A stretch of DNA of 64,000 bases from contig JBHGNT010000011.1 of the NCBI GenBank assembly GCA_043228905.1, positions 1,364,001 to 1,428,000 of the forward strand, in the 5' to 3' direction. Source of the stretch: Azolla caroliniana (lineage: Eukaryota; Plantae; Polypodiophyta). Both the position numbers and the translations under genes were made by a program. The notes beneath the pieces were generated by a model that was not told where the DNA came from, did no database searches, and saw only the letters and a list, made by a program, of their open reading frames with translations. Shown in pieces: positions 22,627 to 34,842 of this stretch. The first letter of the stretch is position 1; every line of letters begins with the position of its first letter.

Positions 22627-24081
22627 TGTCACGGATCATAAGCTCAAGAGACAAGCAAGAAGATAACCAAATGGAGAAGAAAGAAGATAGTATTAAAGGA
22701 AAGACTCCATAACTGGTGTTGTTCACCTTGAATTCCTTCAAGGTGAACTCCTCTATTTATACTACATGGCATGCATACTTGTTGCACGCATGTGAATCTA
22801 CAATAGAGCATGTAGGTATGTCAATGGCCGAAATCGGGCTTGATCAATTTCCATGGGGACAGGAGCATCTGGCAAAGTAGGCGAGTGTAAGGATGCCTGG
22901 GGTTGTATGACCGGGGTGTGGCATGGAAGTGAATGAGGTGGAACCCAAGTCCGGCGCTCTTCTTGGCGAAATTCGAAAAGACGATTGTCACAATGGACTG
23001 CTTGTGAAGTTGCTTGGGATAACGAGGTGGGATCCGGAAAGTTTAAGAGAAGATTCTTGACATTGCTTCGAAGGCTGCGCCGAAAGTGATAAGCTAAAGC
23101 TTGATCATCCCAATTGACGTCGCATGCTAGTTGTCGAAATTCTGAAGCATAGACCGAAGCTGCACGCGAACCTTGTTCGAGTGCATAAATCTTGTTAAGA
23201 GCTGTATGTTGTCAGTCCGTCTCTCCAAATGTGGTCTCTAACTCGGCGAGGAAAGGAAAGTCCTCCAATAGAGGTGATGAGGTTTCTACCAATGGTGCAA
23301 ACCAAGCTTGGGCCGGACCGGAGAGAAGGGTGCCCACAAGGCCGACTTTTCGAAGACCATCTCCATAACGTTGAGGTTGTAGCCGAATGATAAGTCGAAC
23401 TTGGTTGATGAACCCTCAGAAACGCGACCTCGTTCCATCAAATTTTTCTGGGAGGCTAACCTTAGGCTCAAGAAACTGTGACGAAGCTAGGCTAGATGTT
23501 GGTAGAAGATCGGGCTCTAGGCTAGGTTGTTGTGGGAGACTAGGGTTCGGGGGTTGTGAGGATAGGGAGGTACCGAACTTGAAGTTCTTGTAAAGAATTT
23601 CAAAGAGATTCATTTTCAAGTTGTAGTTGTCGTAAGGCTACCATTATTTGGCCTAACTCACTAGTTGAGTCAGAAATAGCTATGGCTTATGAGAGGGAGA
23701 GCTATGAGGATGGGAAGGTGAACAAACTGTCACGGATCATAAGCTCAAGAGACAAGCAAGAAGATAACCAAATGGAGAAGAAAGAAGATAGTATTAAAGG
23801 AAAGACTCCATAACTGGTGTTGTTCACCTTGAATTCCTTCAAGGTGAACTCCTCTATTTATACTACATGTCATGCATACTTGTTGCACGCATGTGAATCT
23901 ACAATAGAGCATGTAGGTATGCATGCATATGCCAAGTGTAAATACTACAAGGGAGCAACTATGCACATGATGATAGCAAAATAATAAGGACCAATTACAT
24001 ACATAACTATGTACTAGATATCTTGGTTAACTCATAATACTAGATTATAACATGGTCGTGTCAAGAGTTTGAATCTTGACA
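22627..24081 (-). mobile_element. Internally deleted Tcn1-like Gypsy (full 5' LTR 23728-24081, gag remnant, partial 3' LTR 22627-~22820)
   Basis: Direct repeats at 22627 and 23728, TSD CATTT on both sides, gag EPKVSLPEKFDGTRSRF. Confidence 0.9.
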
Positions 24082-24876
24082 CATTTCAGGGAAAATCAGG
24101 CTCGAGAAGATATCTACAATTGATAATCTCACAGATGGGATGACCAAGTATCTTTCAGTGGATTGATTCTGATCCCTTCAGCACCAGATGGGCTTAGAGA
24201 AGAATCAGTCTGATTGAGACGGAAATTCAAGACATTCTCAGCCAATCGACATTGATAGTTCGAAGCTCAGCTTCAATTTTTCCGACCCTGGCTGACTCAG
24301 CCTTCTGTTCTTGGATTTTGTCAACTTGAACAAAGTCGATATGTTTGATAACTTTGTTTAATGTGTAATTCTTATTTATTCCTTTTTTAGATTTTTGTTG
24401 GATAAAAGCATGTGAGTGGAAACACTATTATAGCTAATTAGCTGCTAAAATGGCCATAACTATTTAGCTATTTGTTTAGCTAGTTTTTTGTGGGCAAGTC
24501 ATGAGGATCATTTATGAAATTTTATGCTTTATTAGTTAAATACATGTCATTTTATTTATGAGAGTACTCAAAAATTTGAACTTTGGTTTCTCATGTAGTG
24601 GAACTTGGGGAACAATGCCCTCATCTAAACTTGACTTGAATGTCACCAAATTCCTGTTTAGGGTGAGTTTGAGTTTGAAATCCAAATAGATGGATTACTA
24701 TGAGCACGAATGCAAAGGAAGCTCCCGCGATGGCATAAAACCCTGATATCAACATTGCACCTTCAGAGCTACAACACACCACCAATTCGATCCTCATGTA
24801 GGTATGTATCAGTTACACATTAAAAAATCATTTTTTTTCCTTTCTGATAACTGTAACTTTGTTGCCTGCTCATCTT

Positions 24877-25516
24877 TTATAAAAAACAATTAGGGCAAAG
24901 TCGTTGGAGTCCCAAATTAATGGGTGAAACCCTACTTGTTAGCTTTGACATTGGCTTACATCTACTTGTTAGCTTTGGCAGACTAGTTCCTTCACCACTT
25001 GAAATTATCTCGTTCATTGTATTGTACACCGTTTTTCGACTAACACCAATTACCTTAGATAGCACACTGATGTTAAAATTGTCAACATCACTACTAAGTA
25101 ACATCATTAGACTAGACCTTTTTAAGACAATATCACTATTTAGTACAGATATTATGTTTGCATTAAGACCATCACAATAAACCAACTCCTTTATTGATGG
25201 ATCATTTAATATTCCATATAGTACTACCTTCTTGTCTTCACTGCTGATGTGCTTGGTCTGAACATTGAAATATTCGACAACCTTTCTCTCTATGTTAGTA
25301 GTCTCATTACTTCCATTCTTAGTGGTATTCAAACCTATATCGTAACCAATACCATCCTTACCTTTAGCGAATGTGGCTTTCATATCCTTCAACAATTGAC
25401 AATCTTTCCTTTTTTTTCTGCCCAATACTTTCGTATCGCTTGTTGTGTCCTGATAGCGTCATCTCTATCCCGATGATCTATGAGGGGTACTGGTAAACAC
25501 CCTCCTTCCCCTTCCA
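24877..25516 (-). pseudogene. Frameshifted ORF remnant with a helix-turn-helix-like segment, possibly an old DNA-transposon gene
   Basis: 182-aa ORF containing ISVLSKVIGVSRKTVYNTM. An upstream ATG near 25516 is out of frame across an A-run. No termini found. Confidence 0.3.
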
Positions 25517-26780
25517 TTTGGCTTTGACATATTAATAAAATTCCACAAAAAAAGACACGTAGCTAGTTACTAAACCACATGCAAACCGGTTATTCACAAG
25601 AGTGATCCCACCATTGGTAGGTTTATGTTTGTTGTAGTGGAGTGAAAGCTAATTGTAAAGAATCGATGGTGATTCTTGTGCAGTGGAATAGATATGTGTG
25701 TTATGTCTGTGTGTGAGAGAGAGAGAGAGAAATAGAGGAGAGAAGAGAACACAAGATAGATAAGCAAGTGAAATAATGAATACTCAAGAAGAAGAAGATG
25801 TATATTTCACAAGTAGAATGGAGATACAAATTTGTAGCATTACAAGGAGTCACAACCGACTTCGTATGAAGTAGGAGGAGGGTGCTTTATATAAGGTCAC
25901 CCTCTCTCTTCATTAACTCATTACACCTTCCACTCTCTCCCTAGAACGTTGAGGAATGTGAAGACTCATAGTCATGGGGAATGTGGAACTCATTAGTTAT
26001 GTGTCATAGAATATGATTCTATGACACATAGTTTAATGTGTAGAGAGTGGTATGACTCTTGACCTTTCAGTGCACATAAATTCTTAAAGGTATGTTCACA
26101 CGTTGCACTATGTTGAGCTTGATTCTCAACATGCCCTGTATGTACACATAACGTTGTCGTGAAGAAAACCGTCCACAAGCGGAATCGGTGCACCAGAGCA
26201 TAGGAACTGGCTCTTCATATACGTACGCCTTAAGTTGTACATAGAAGATCCTAGGTAGGTGGATTCGGTAGGTAGGAAGTTAGTGGGAAACGGCTCCTTC
26301 CTTGCCTAAAAAAAGGAGGGAGACGAGGAGGGGAGGGGGATCGCGAAGGAAGAGAGGACGAAGTGCTGTCAGATTGCGGGGCCGAAGGCTTCTCTCTCTT
26401 CCAAACTCCTTAGCTTCTTCCTATGCAGGTTTCGGGAGGCTCGCGCTGCTCTGAGGAAAGCCCGAGTGCTTCCGGCAGCACCTCCAACCTACTCCTTTCT
26501 TCCTGTGCGTTTACGAACAGGCATCGGCATCTGTTCGCCGGCCTGCTCGGTTGTAACCGACTTCGTGTTCTTGTTGTTTGTCTTTGTTAATACATACATA
26601 CCTTCGTGTCTCTCTGTGTCGCTGTCCCACTCGCGTCCTTGAGTCGAAGGGCCGTGTCCCTGTGGATCTACGCTTGCACCCAGTGGGTCTCTTCCCTTCT
26701 CCTTTCTCTCTTGGTCTTCGGTACAAGACCCCCGAGGTCCCGCCTCATTCCACGCATCCGCGAGGAATACCTCGACATCT

Positions 26781-26798
26781 TGGTGAACCCGACGTGAA
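26781..26798 (+). promoter_or_regulatory. Primer-binding site complementary to the tRNA-Trp 3' end
   Basis: TGGTGAACCCGACGTGAA is the reverse complement of TTCACGTCGGGTTCACCA, the plant cytosolic tRNA-Trp 3' end as I recall it. Confidence 0.8.
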
Positions 26799-26820
26799 GG
26801 AGGCGGCAAAAGAGCAGAAG

Positions 26821-28947
26821 ATGAAGGGGTCGGATCTTGCGGAGGCCATGGCTTCGGCAGTGGATCGGATATTGAGCGCACGCGAGGGCACCGGCGCCCT
26901 CGATAGAGCCATTGAGGCGGTCGTCGGTACGATCGGCTGGTTCAGCGGAAAGGACGCCACGAAGTATTTGGCGTCCTACGGGGCAGAAATGCTGATGCGG
27001 GACATTCCGGAAGAGAGGCATCTTGCCGGGTTCCCTCGAGTGGCGATGCCGAGCATCCATGCGGAGGTGCTCGAGGTGCGGGCGGAGAGCCGTACCTGGG
27101 AGGAGTTCGAAGGTCGACTCCTAGAAAAATACGGGCTGGACGACACGCTCCGGCTTTCGAAACGGGACTTCATGGAGTGGGTAGAGTCCCCCGGCAAGGG
27201 AAGAAACGCGTCGGCACTCCTCCGGGAGTTTGAAGAACGCTTTTCGCGCCTTTCGGCGCTCGACCGAACCGTTCTGGATACGAGCCGAGTCCTACTGTTC
27301 GTCAAATCGGTGGACAAGCGGGACCGGGATCAAGTCGGCTCCTTGCTGGAAACCGAAGACGGGCTGACGACCGACTGGGCAGCGGTTAAGAGAGTCTGTG
27401 GCCGTTTCGACAAACAGCGAGAATGGGCTGACAACGGGGCGGCTGGTGCGGGCTCTGTCACAGCAAGGAGGCTTGAACCGGCACCGCAAGGGCGAAGGGA
27501 AGAAACCCGGGAATGGCTCGAAACTGGTCCGGCTTCGACCGGCATGGGCAGTGGCTCATCCGGAGGAGCAGCGCTAGAGGAGTTGACGCGGGCGATAAAG
27601 GATCTCCAGATCGCCCAGACTCGAAGGGAAGGCGGCGAACCGGCTTGTGACCGACGGTCGGTAGCAGGGAACAGGTGCATGTGGTGCGACGAGGTCGGCC
27701 ACATCCGGAAGGACTGCGGCGATTTTGCAGAAGCGTTGAGGAACCGGGTGGTGTACCTGTGGGAAGGCCGGGTGCACGCCGGCGACACCAGAAGGGCACT
27801 AAACCGAAATGACGGGCGAGGAGGAATGAAGAGACTGATGGAAGAGGCAGCGGCCCGACACGTGGAAGCCATCCACTACTCGGCGTCGGCCGGCATTCGG
27901 GTCGGGGGCGGCGAGGCCCGAAAGGAGGGCAAAGACGGATTCTGGTCGGCAATGCTGGAAGGTCTTGCCGGCGCACGGCTAAGGAAAGATGAAACGGACC
28001 GCACTGAGAGACGGGTCCGGGAAATAACCGGGTGGAGCGATCTGGTCGAGGAGAAGACGGGCTTTGTAGAAGCCGCTTGCCGGAACTACGAGGCTCTGGT
28101 AGAAGACAAACGAGTGGGGAAAGCCAGAGCGGCCGGGCCCTCGCAACGGTAAGAGACCCGATTCCGACAACGACGGAACGATGCCGGTGGGTCCAACTCG
28201 CAAGATAACCCCAGGAAAGGCGGATACCGACTGGGGACGGAAATAGAAAGGACTACGGACCTACGAAAGGTCCTAGAAGAACGGATCCTCGACAGCAAAG
28301 TGGAGTTGTCATTGCGAGAGGTGTTAGGGATCGCCAAGAAGGAGTTCCACGACTCCATTGTGGACCTGGTGAAATGGAAGAGGTTGTCGACAGAGACAGA
28401 ACCGGAAAGACCGGTGGAGGTGCAGACGACGCACATTGACGACATGGCGCTGGAAGATGAGTGGGCGGAGAGCCACTATTCAAGGCCGCACTGGGCCCGA
28501 GCGACCACGGAGACCCCGGTAAGAATCGGAGATATTCAGGAACCGGTGGTGGCATTGGTGGACCACGGTTCGGAAATAAACCTAATGTCCATGGACTTCT
28601 ATAAGAAGGGAAAGTGGCCGATCAACACCAAGCACGGGTGGAAGATACGGGCGGCGACGCGCGCAACCGAGGAATTGCATGGGGCCTGCCCGAACGTGCG
28701 AGTCAAGATCGGCGACGTCGAGATTGACCAGCACTTCTTCGTACAGGAGACGTCCTCGCATCCGGTCATATTAGGGGAACCGTACATCACAGCGGCACGA
28801 ATGGAGACCAAAGTGCTGGACAACGGTTCGGCCTACGCGAGGGTCAAGAGCCAGGACGGGCGCCATTCGGTCCAATTTCTGACGGTGCGACCGAACCACG
28901 AGCGAAACCGCGAATCCCTCGGTGGCGAGAACCGGGAGGATTTTTAG
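26821..28947 (+). pseudogene. gag: gag-protease with one in-frame stop (28150-28152)
   Basis: Zinc knuckle CMWCDEVGHIRKDC and protease ALVDHGSEINLM. ORFs 26578-28152 and 28300-28947 share one frame. Confidence 0.88.
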
Positions 28948-31900
28948 AGAGGGCTGCCAAGGCGTGGGGCCGAGATAGTCCGGACACTCGGGAAAGACCC
29001 CACAATTGCACGATAGATAGAAAATTCTGCTTCTCCAACAACGGAGGGTGTATGATGGTCGGCATCGTTGGCCGAGAAAGGGAAAGGGCGGAGGAGCGAC
29101 TTCGAGCGTGCGGAGTTCTCGGCCCGAACGAGGAAATCAGCGGGGCCGTGGAGGCGGTCTCCTTCGACGACACCTTGGGGATGCTGAGGATGGTAGCCGG
29201 AGAAGACCTTAACGAAGACCGGACGATACCGGTATGTTCCGAAGAGATGTACGAAGTCATCGCGAACTTCAGCCAGGGGCTCTGGTCGGATCGGACGGCC
29301 CGAGTTAGCACGAAGTACAAGACTGTGGACCGGAAGGTAAGGCCAGTCGCGGCACCCTTACCGGAGGGCAGCGAGTCCCGAATCAGAGGGGTTGCGTCGG
29401 ACCCCAGTTTACGAGATCCGGCCTGCATAGGACACACCTTCACCGACGGGACGCTCCGGGAGCTCAAGGTAGGTGGGGGCGGGTTCCTACTGCCGGCGGA
29501 GGAAGACCGGTTTCGGAGAATGCTCGGAAGGCACGGGAAAGCCTTCGCATTCTCACTGGAAGAGATCGGGTGCGTAGACCCGACGATCGTGGAGCCGATG
29601 GTGATATTCACGGTACCGCATGTGCCGTGGAATCTCAAGCCAATTCCGATACCGAGCGCTCACATCCCGAAGTTGATGGAGCTATTGAGGCAGAAAGTAG
29701 ATATGGGCATTCTCGAACTGTCGAGTGCCCCATACTCGAACCGATGGTTTACCGTACCAAAGAAAAACGGAACGATGCGCTTCATTCAAGGCCTGCAGCC
29801 GGTCAACAGAGTGACCATTCGGAACGCAGGAATCGGACCGACCATAGACGAGTTCGCGGAGGCCTTCGCCGGAAGGTCGATTTACTCGGTCGGTGATCTA
29901 TACTCGGGGTACGACCAGTTCCAGCTAGCCGTGGAGAGTAGAGACATTACGACGATGCGAACTCCCCTCGGCCTAGTGCGAATGTGTACCCTGCCACAAG
30001 GAGGGACCAACTCGGTGGCCCACATGGTGAATGCAATGAACAAGGTACTGAGGGATTGCATCCCGGACATCACCATGCCGTTTCTGGACGACATCCCGAT
30101 AAAGGGGTGCCCGGTGGAAGAGAAGGACGAGACAGTCGGGCCGGACGGATGCCGGCGATTCGTGGCAACACACATCGACGACTGCGAGAAGGTGCTACAA
30201 AGGCTAGAGGATGCGAGGCTCACCTTCTTCGGGGAGAAATCGGCCTTCGGGCAATCAGAAATCCTGGTGGTCGTACACCTGTGTGGACCGTATGGCCGGA
30301 AGCCGTCTCCGGCAAAAGTAGAAGCCATCTCCGCGATGAAGACCGACTGTAGCTCGGTTACGGAAGTTCGGAGGTTCCTGGGGGCATGCGCATTCTACCA
30401 CATATGGATTCCGCACTACGCCCACGTTGCGAAGCCGCTATACGGTTTGCTAAAGAAGGGGCGGAAATTTGAGTGGCGAGACGAGCACACGGAGTCGGTC
30501 CAGAAGCTGAAGGAAGCTCTTGCGACAGCACCGGCGCTCCGGAAGGCTGTCTATGAGAAAGGTACCCCGGTATACATAACGGTGGATACGAGTCCGACTG
30601 GGATCGAATGGGTCGTCAACCAAGAAGACAAGGACGGCATTCGGTTCCCGATCTGATTCGGCGCAAAGGTCCTCAGTGAGCGACAGCGAGGGTACGCCCA
30701 GGTTAAACGCGAACTCTGGGGTATCGTTTCGGCAGTAAAGGCCGACAAAGACTACCTAATCGGTACAGAAGTGATTATCGAGACGGATTGCCTGCCGATT
30801 CTCGGCATGGTTTCCGGATGCGCGACACCGGACCTGGCGATGCTCCGGTGGATAGCGTACATCAAGTCCCTAGATCCGGAAATACGGCACATTTCCAGAA
30901 AGGACAACGCCATGGCCGACATGCTTTCGAGGACGAGGTTTGATGACGAGGGCGGCATGGTTTCGAAGGACGAAGAAGTCGGCGTGGACTTCTTCGAGGC
31001 GGCGTACGTGACGACCGATGGGACGAGCACTCCGGCACTTAACGACTTCGACGAGAGCAGGTATGACGGCGAGTGTCTCCAGATCGGTGGATTTTTTAGG
31101 ACAATGACGCCGGATACGTCATGGACGAAGGACGAGGCCAACCGGATCCGGAAGAAAGCTTACCAATTCTTTCTCCGGGACGGATACTTATGGAAACACC
31201 CGAAGAAGAGGAACGACGTCCCGCTCCGGGTGGTGGCGATGAAGGAAGAACAGGAGGAGCTGCTGACGGCCTACCACGACAGCCCTTGGGCTGGACACCG
31301 TGGAACGTGGGCCACGTTCGAGAAGATAAAGGGGTAGTATTGGTGGCCAGGACTGTACCAGGACATGCGTCGGTTCGTGACAACTTGCGAGAGCTGTCAG
31401 ATGCACTCCATAGTCTGACATCGGGACGGGCTTCACCCTACGTATCCTCCGACCATCCACTTCAAATGGATGGTAGACCTGGTGACGATGCCGATGGGAG
31501 TAGGACAGATGCGGTATCTGGTCCTGGCTCGGGAAGATCTGACGAACCAGGTGGAAGGCCGGGCCCTTCAGAACAAAACGACGGCAGCCGTATGTCGGTT
31601 CCTGCTCGAGGACGTGATATGCCGGTACGGATGCGTCGGGAAGATCGTGGCTGATCGCGGGGAGTTGGACGCTGAAGAGGCCGAGGAGCTGTTCGACCGG
31701 CTAGGAATCAAGCTCTCGCTTACTACTGCGTACAATCCAGAGGCGAATGGAAAGGTCGAGCGTGGACACGGACCGATCGTCAAGGCGTTAGTTCGGGCAT
31801 GCGGAGGACAAGTCGGGAACTGGCCACGGCTATTGCCTTACGCGTTGTGGGCGGACCGAACTACGCACGGTTCGGTAACCGGATTCATGCCGGCACAGCT

Positions 31901-32468
31901 CATGTTTGGGCAGAAGCCGATCATGCCGATGGAATGTACGATCTCCTCATGGGCCACCGTGGACTGGAGGGACGAGATGAGCAGGGAGGAACTGCTGGCG
32001 GCGTGCATACGACAGCTCGAGCGAAGACCGGAGGAAGTAGAGCAGGCTACGGAAAAGCTTCGGGTGGTAAGGACGAGGAACAAAGCCCGGTTCGACCGAA
32101 CGCACCGGCTTCGACCGAAGAAGATCGAGGAAGGCGACTGGGTGCTAGTCTACGACAATAGCCTCGACAACCAACACCGAGCAACATGGAAGTTCGCAAG
32201 AAGGTGGTTCGGGCCTTACGTAGTACAAAACGTCAACGCCAACGGGACGTACCATCTGGCTGAACTCGACGGCACGAGAATGGCGATACCGGTAGCTGGG
32301 AAGCGGATCAAAGCGTTCAAGAAGCGTCACGACGACGAGCCGGATCCGGTTAACCTGGACCACGAACGATCCGAAACCGAGGAAGAACCGACGGGCGGGG
32401 AAATGATGACTGGACCGGTTTCCTCCGTCCCAGCTCAATTTGGCGCATGCCGGTGGATGCGCGGTTAG
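28938..32468 (+). pseudogene. pol: pol (RT-RNase H-integrase) in the -1 frame, with a few in-frame stops
   Basis: RT DLYSGYDQ, LPQGGTNS and PFLDD; RNase H ITVDTSPTG; integrase HDSPWAGHRG, VADRGE and YNPEANGKVERGH. Confidence 0.9.
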
Positions 32469-34016
32469 GTGGGGGCGGATGTCATGAAGAAAACTGTCCA
32501 CAAGCGGAATCGGTGCACCAGAGCATAGGAACCGGCTCTTCATATACGTACGCCTTAAGTTGTACATAGAAGATCCTAGGTAGGTGGATTCGGTAGGTAG
32601 GAAGTTAGTGGGAAACGGCTCCTTCCTTGCCTAAAAAAAGGAGGGAGACGAGGAGGGGAGGGGGATCGTGAAGGAAGAGAGGACGAATTGCTGTCAGATT
32701 GCGGGGCCGAAGGCTTCTCTCTCTTCCAAACTCCTTAGCTTCTTCCTGTGCAGGTTTCGGGAGGCTCGCGCTGCTCTGAGGAAAGCCCGAGTGCTTCCCG
32801 CAACACCTCCAACCTACTCCTTTCTTCCTGTGCGTTTACGAACAGGCATCGGCATCTGTTCGCCGGCCTGCTCGGTTGTAACCGACTTCGTGTTCTTGTT
32901 GTTTGTCTTTGTTAATACATACATACCTTCGTGTCTCTCTGTGTCGTTGTCCCACTCGCGTCCTTGAGTCGAAGGGCCGTGTCCCTGTGGATCTACGCTC
33001 GCACCCAGTGGGTCTCTTCCCTTCTCCTTTCTCTCTTGCTCTTCGGTACAAGACCCCCGAGGTCCCGCCTCATTCCACGCATCCGCGAGGAATACCTCGA
33101 CAACGTTGGTGAGGGTAAGTCACCAATATTTACATTAGTGAAGGGTATGTTCACTAATGTTAAAAAGGGGACTAATGATTGGATAGAAGGAATGATAAGT
33201 CCATGCACTATCATGATTTGGACAACCAATGAATGGAGAGCCTTTTAGAAAGGCACATCTATTCAAGGGGCCTAGGAAAAGGTATAAATATGAGGCTTAG
33301 CTACCCTCATAATTACATTACGTCGGAAGGCTGTTGTCTTAGACACCGGTGGTGCGGGATAGGCTTTTGTCTCGACGATCGTGTTTATCTCTTGTAAGGT
33401 ATTAGTCATCCTAATATCCGGCGGTATGGGACGTTGGTGGTAGGTTGGCTATGTCTAGATCATAGCTCGGGGGTGGTCGGGTGGAACGGGTTCTTCTATC
33501 CAATCTATTTTCCTTCTTTGACTTTACTTTGGTCTATTGATTAGTAATAATCTCTTAACAATGGTATTAGAGCTTTTACTAACAATCTTTTTTGTTGTTT
33601 TGATATTTTTTGCGTGTGAGCGATGGGGATCTAACAAGGCTCGTCATGCTCTTCTTAGGATCAAAACAACACTCTAAACCTAGTATTCTTCTTTCTCGAT
33701 CTCTCTTCTTTCTATGATGCGTTCTTGTTGGTCAAATCAAATTTGTATTACGTTTTCTTTTCTTTTCTTTCTTCTTTCTACCACGATACGATTTTAATTA
33801 TTATTGTGCATTGGGCCGACCGTGTTTGCACTAATCGCACAGGCTCAACTCATAGCCCTTTTGTTTATTGCAATGTATCTCCTATGCTCCCCTCTCCTGA
33901 GCCTTCTCTTATGATATTAATTATTGTTGTGCATTGGGTCGAGCTTGTTTGCCCTAATCGCACACGCTCACCTCATGGCCCTTTTGCATATGATGTTGAG
34001 TATGCCACTCTTCCCT

Positions 34017-34250
34017 CTATTGAGCCATCACTTGGCTGAGTCTATGGGATGTTGTGGCCATGACGAGGTGTATGTCGCCTACCTATGCCACTCTACTATC
34101 TATTGAGCCATCACTTGGCCGATTCTATGGGATGTTTTGGCCTTGACGAGGTATATGCCACCTACCTATGTCACTTTACTTTTTATTGAGTTATCACTTG
34201 GCCGATTCTAGGGAGATGTGGTGGTCTTGAGGAGGTGCATGTCGACTACT
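34017..34250 (+). repeat. About 83-bp tandem repeat (3 copies) in the chromovirus 5' leader
   Basis: TATTGAGCCATCACTTGGC...ATGGGATG...GACGAGGT recurs near 34018, 34101 and 34184. Confidence 0.8.
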
Positions 34251-34842
34251 CTAGGGTTTCGTACCTTAAGGCATGCTTAATGTTCCATATACCTAATTGC
34301 TTATTATTCTAATTAATTTCTAATTCCACAAATTGTCATTTTACTTATATGATTATCTCGTAAATATTGTTTACTCGCCCACAATTAATTCTCCTTTTTG
34401 CCCTTCCTTTTCATGTATAAAGTATTTACATGAGTTTACCTATGATCTAACGCTTCTGTGTAGACTATTTTTTTAGTATGGAATGGGCATCATGCTGTTT
34501 TTTTTAGAATGATTTTTCCAACGGATCATCTACGGCTAATAATATAAGGCTAACTAGGAAATTACATTCATGTTGGAACCATGGTTGAGCCTCGGGGAGC
34601 CGCCATGATTACTCAAGATAGAGATCTGAGAAAGACATCTTAGCTATGTTTGCCCCCATGGTTTTTAAAACACCATAGTGTTACCATAGTTATCCGATCT
34701 CGAATCACATCTCACATGTCTAGAGGGGTAAAGACGTGAGATGCTTTCTTGGTAAAGTTCTTACAGTCAAAATTTCAAGCATTCATTTTGCTTGTGTATT
34801 TTTTGAACTTCCTTATTTATATTGCGTACCCACAACTTGCAT

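Larger units (their letters stand above)
20752..24220 (+). pseudogene. pol: Copia RT-RNase H remnant, split by a solo LTR (21847-22295) and a deleted Gypsy (22627-24081)
   Basis: Motifs KTWDLV, QLDVKTTFLHGDLEE, IYVDDIL, YTDS|DFAG, SKHIHVRYHFV and EKISTIDNLTDGMTK. Confidence 0.88.
26155..33102 (+). mobile_element. Young, GC-rich, full-length non-chromovirus Ty3/Gypsy primed by tRNA-Trp
   Basis: 623-bp LTRs at 26155-26777 and 32480-33102 are nearly identical. 4-bp TSD ACGT. PBS at 26781-26798 and PPT GGTGGGGGCGGA. Confidence 0.95.

Noticed and set aside
1257-24220. Copia 5' part (1257-3021) and Copia RT-RH (20752-24220) as a single element
   Set aside because: The gag resembles the 25654-59212 family while the RT resembles the Tnt1-like 3252-8821 type, and no matching second LTR was found.
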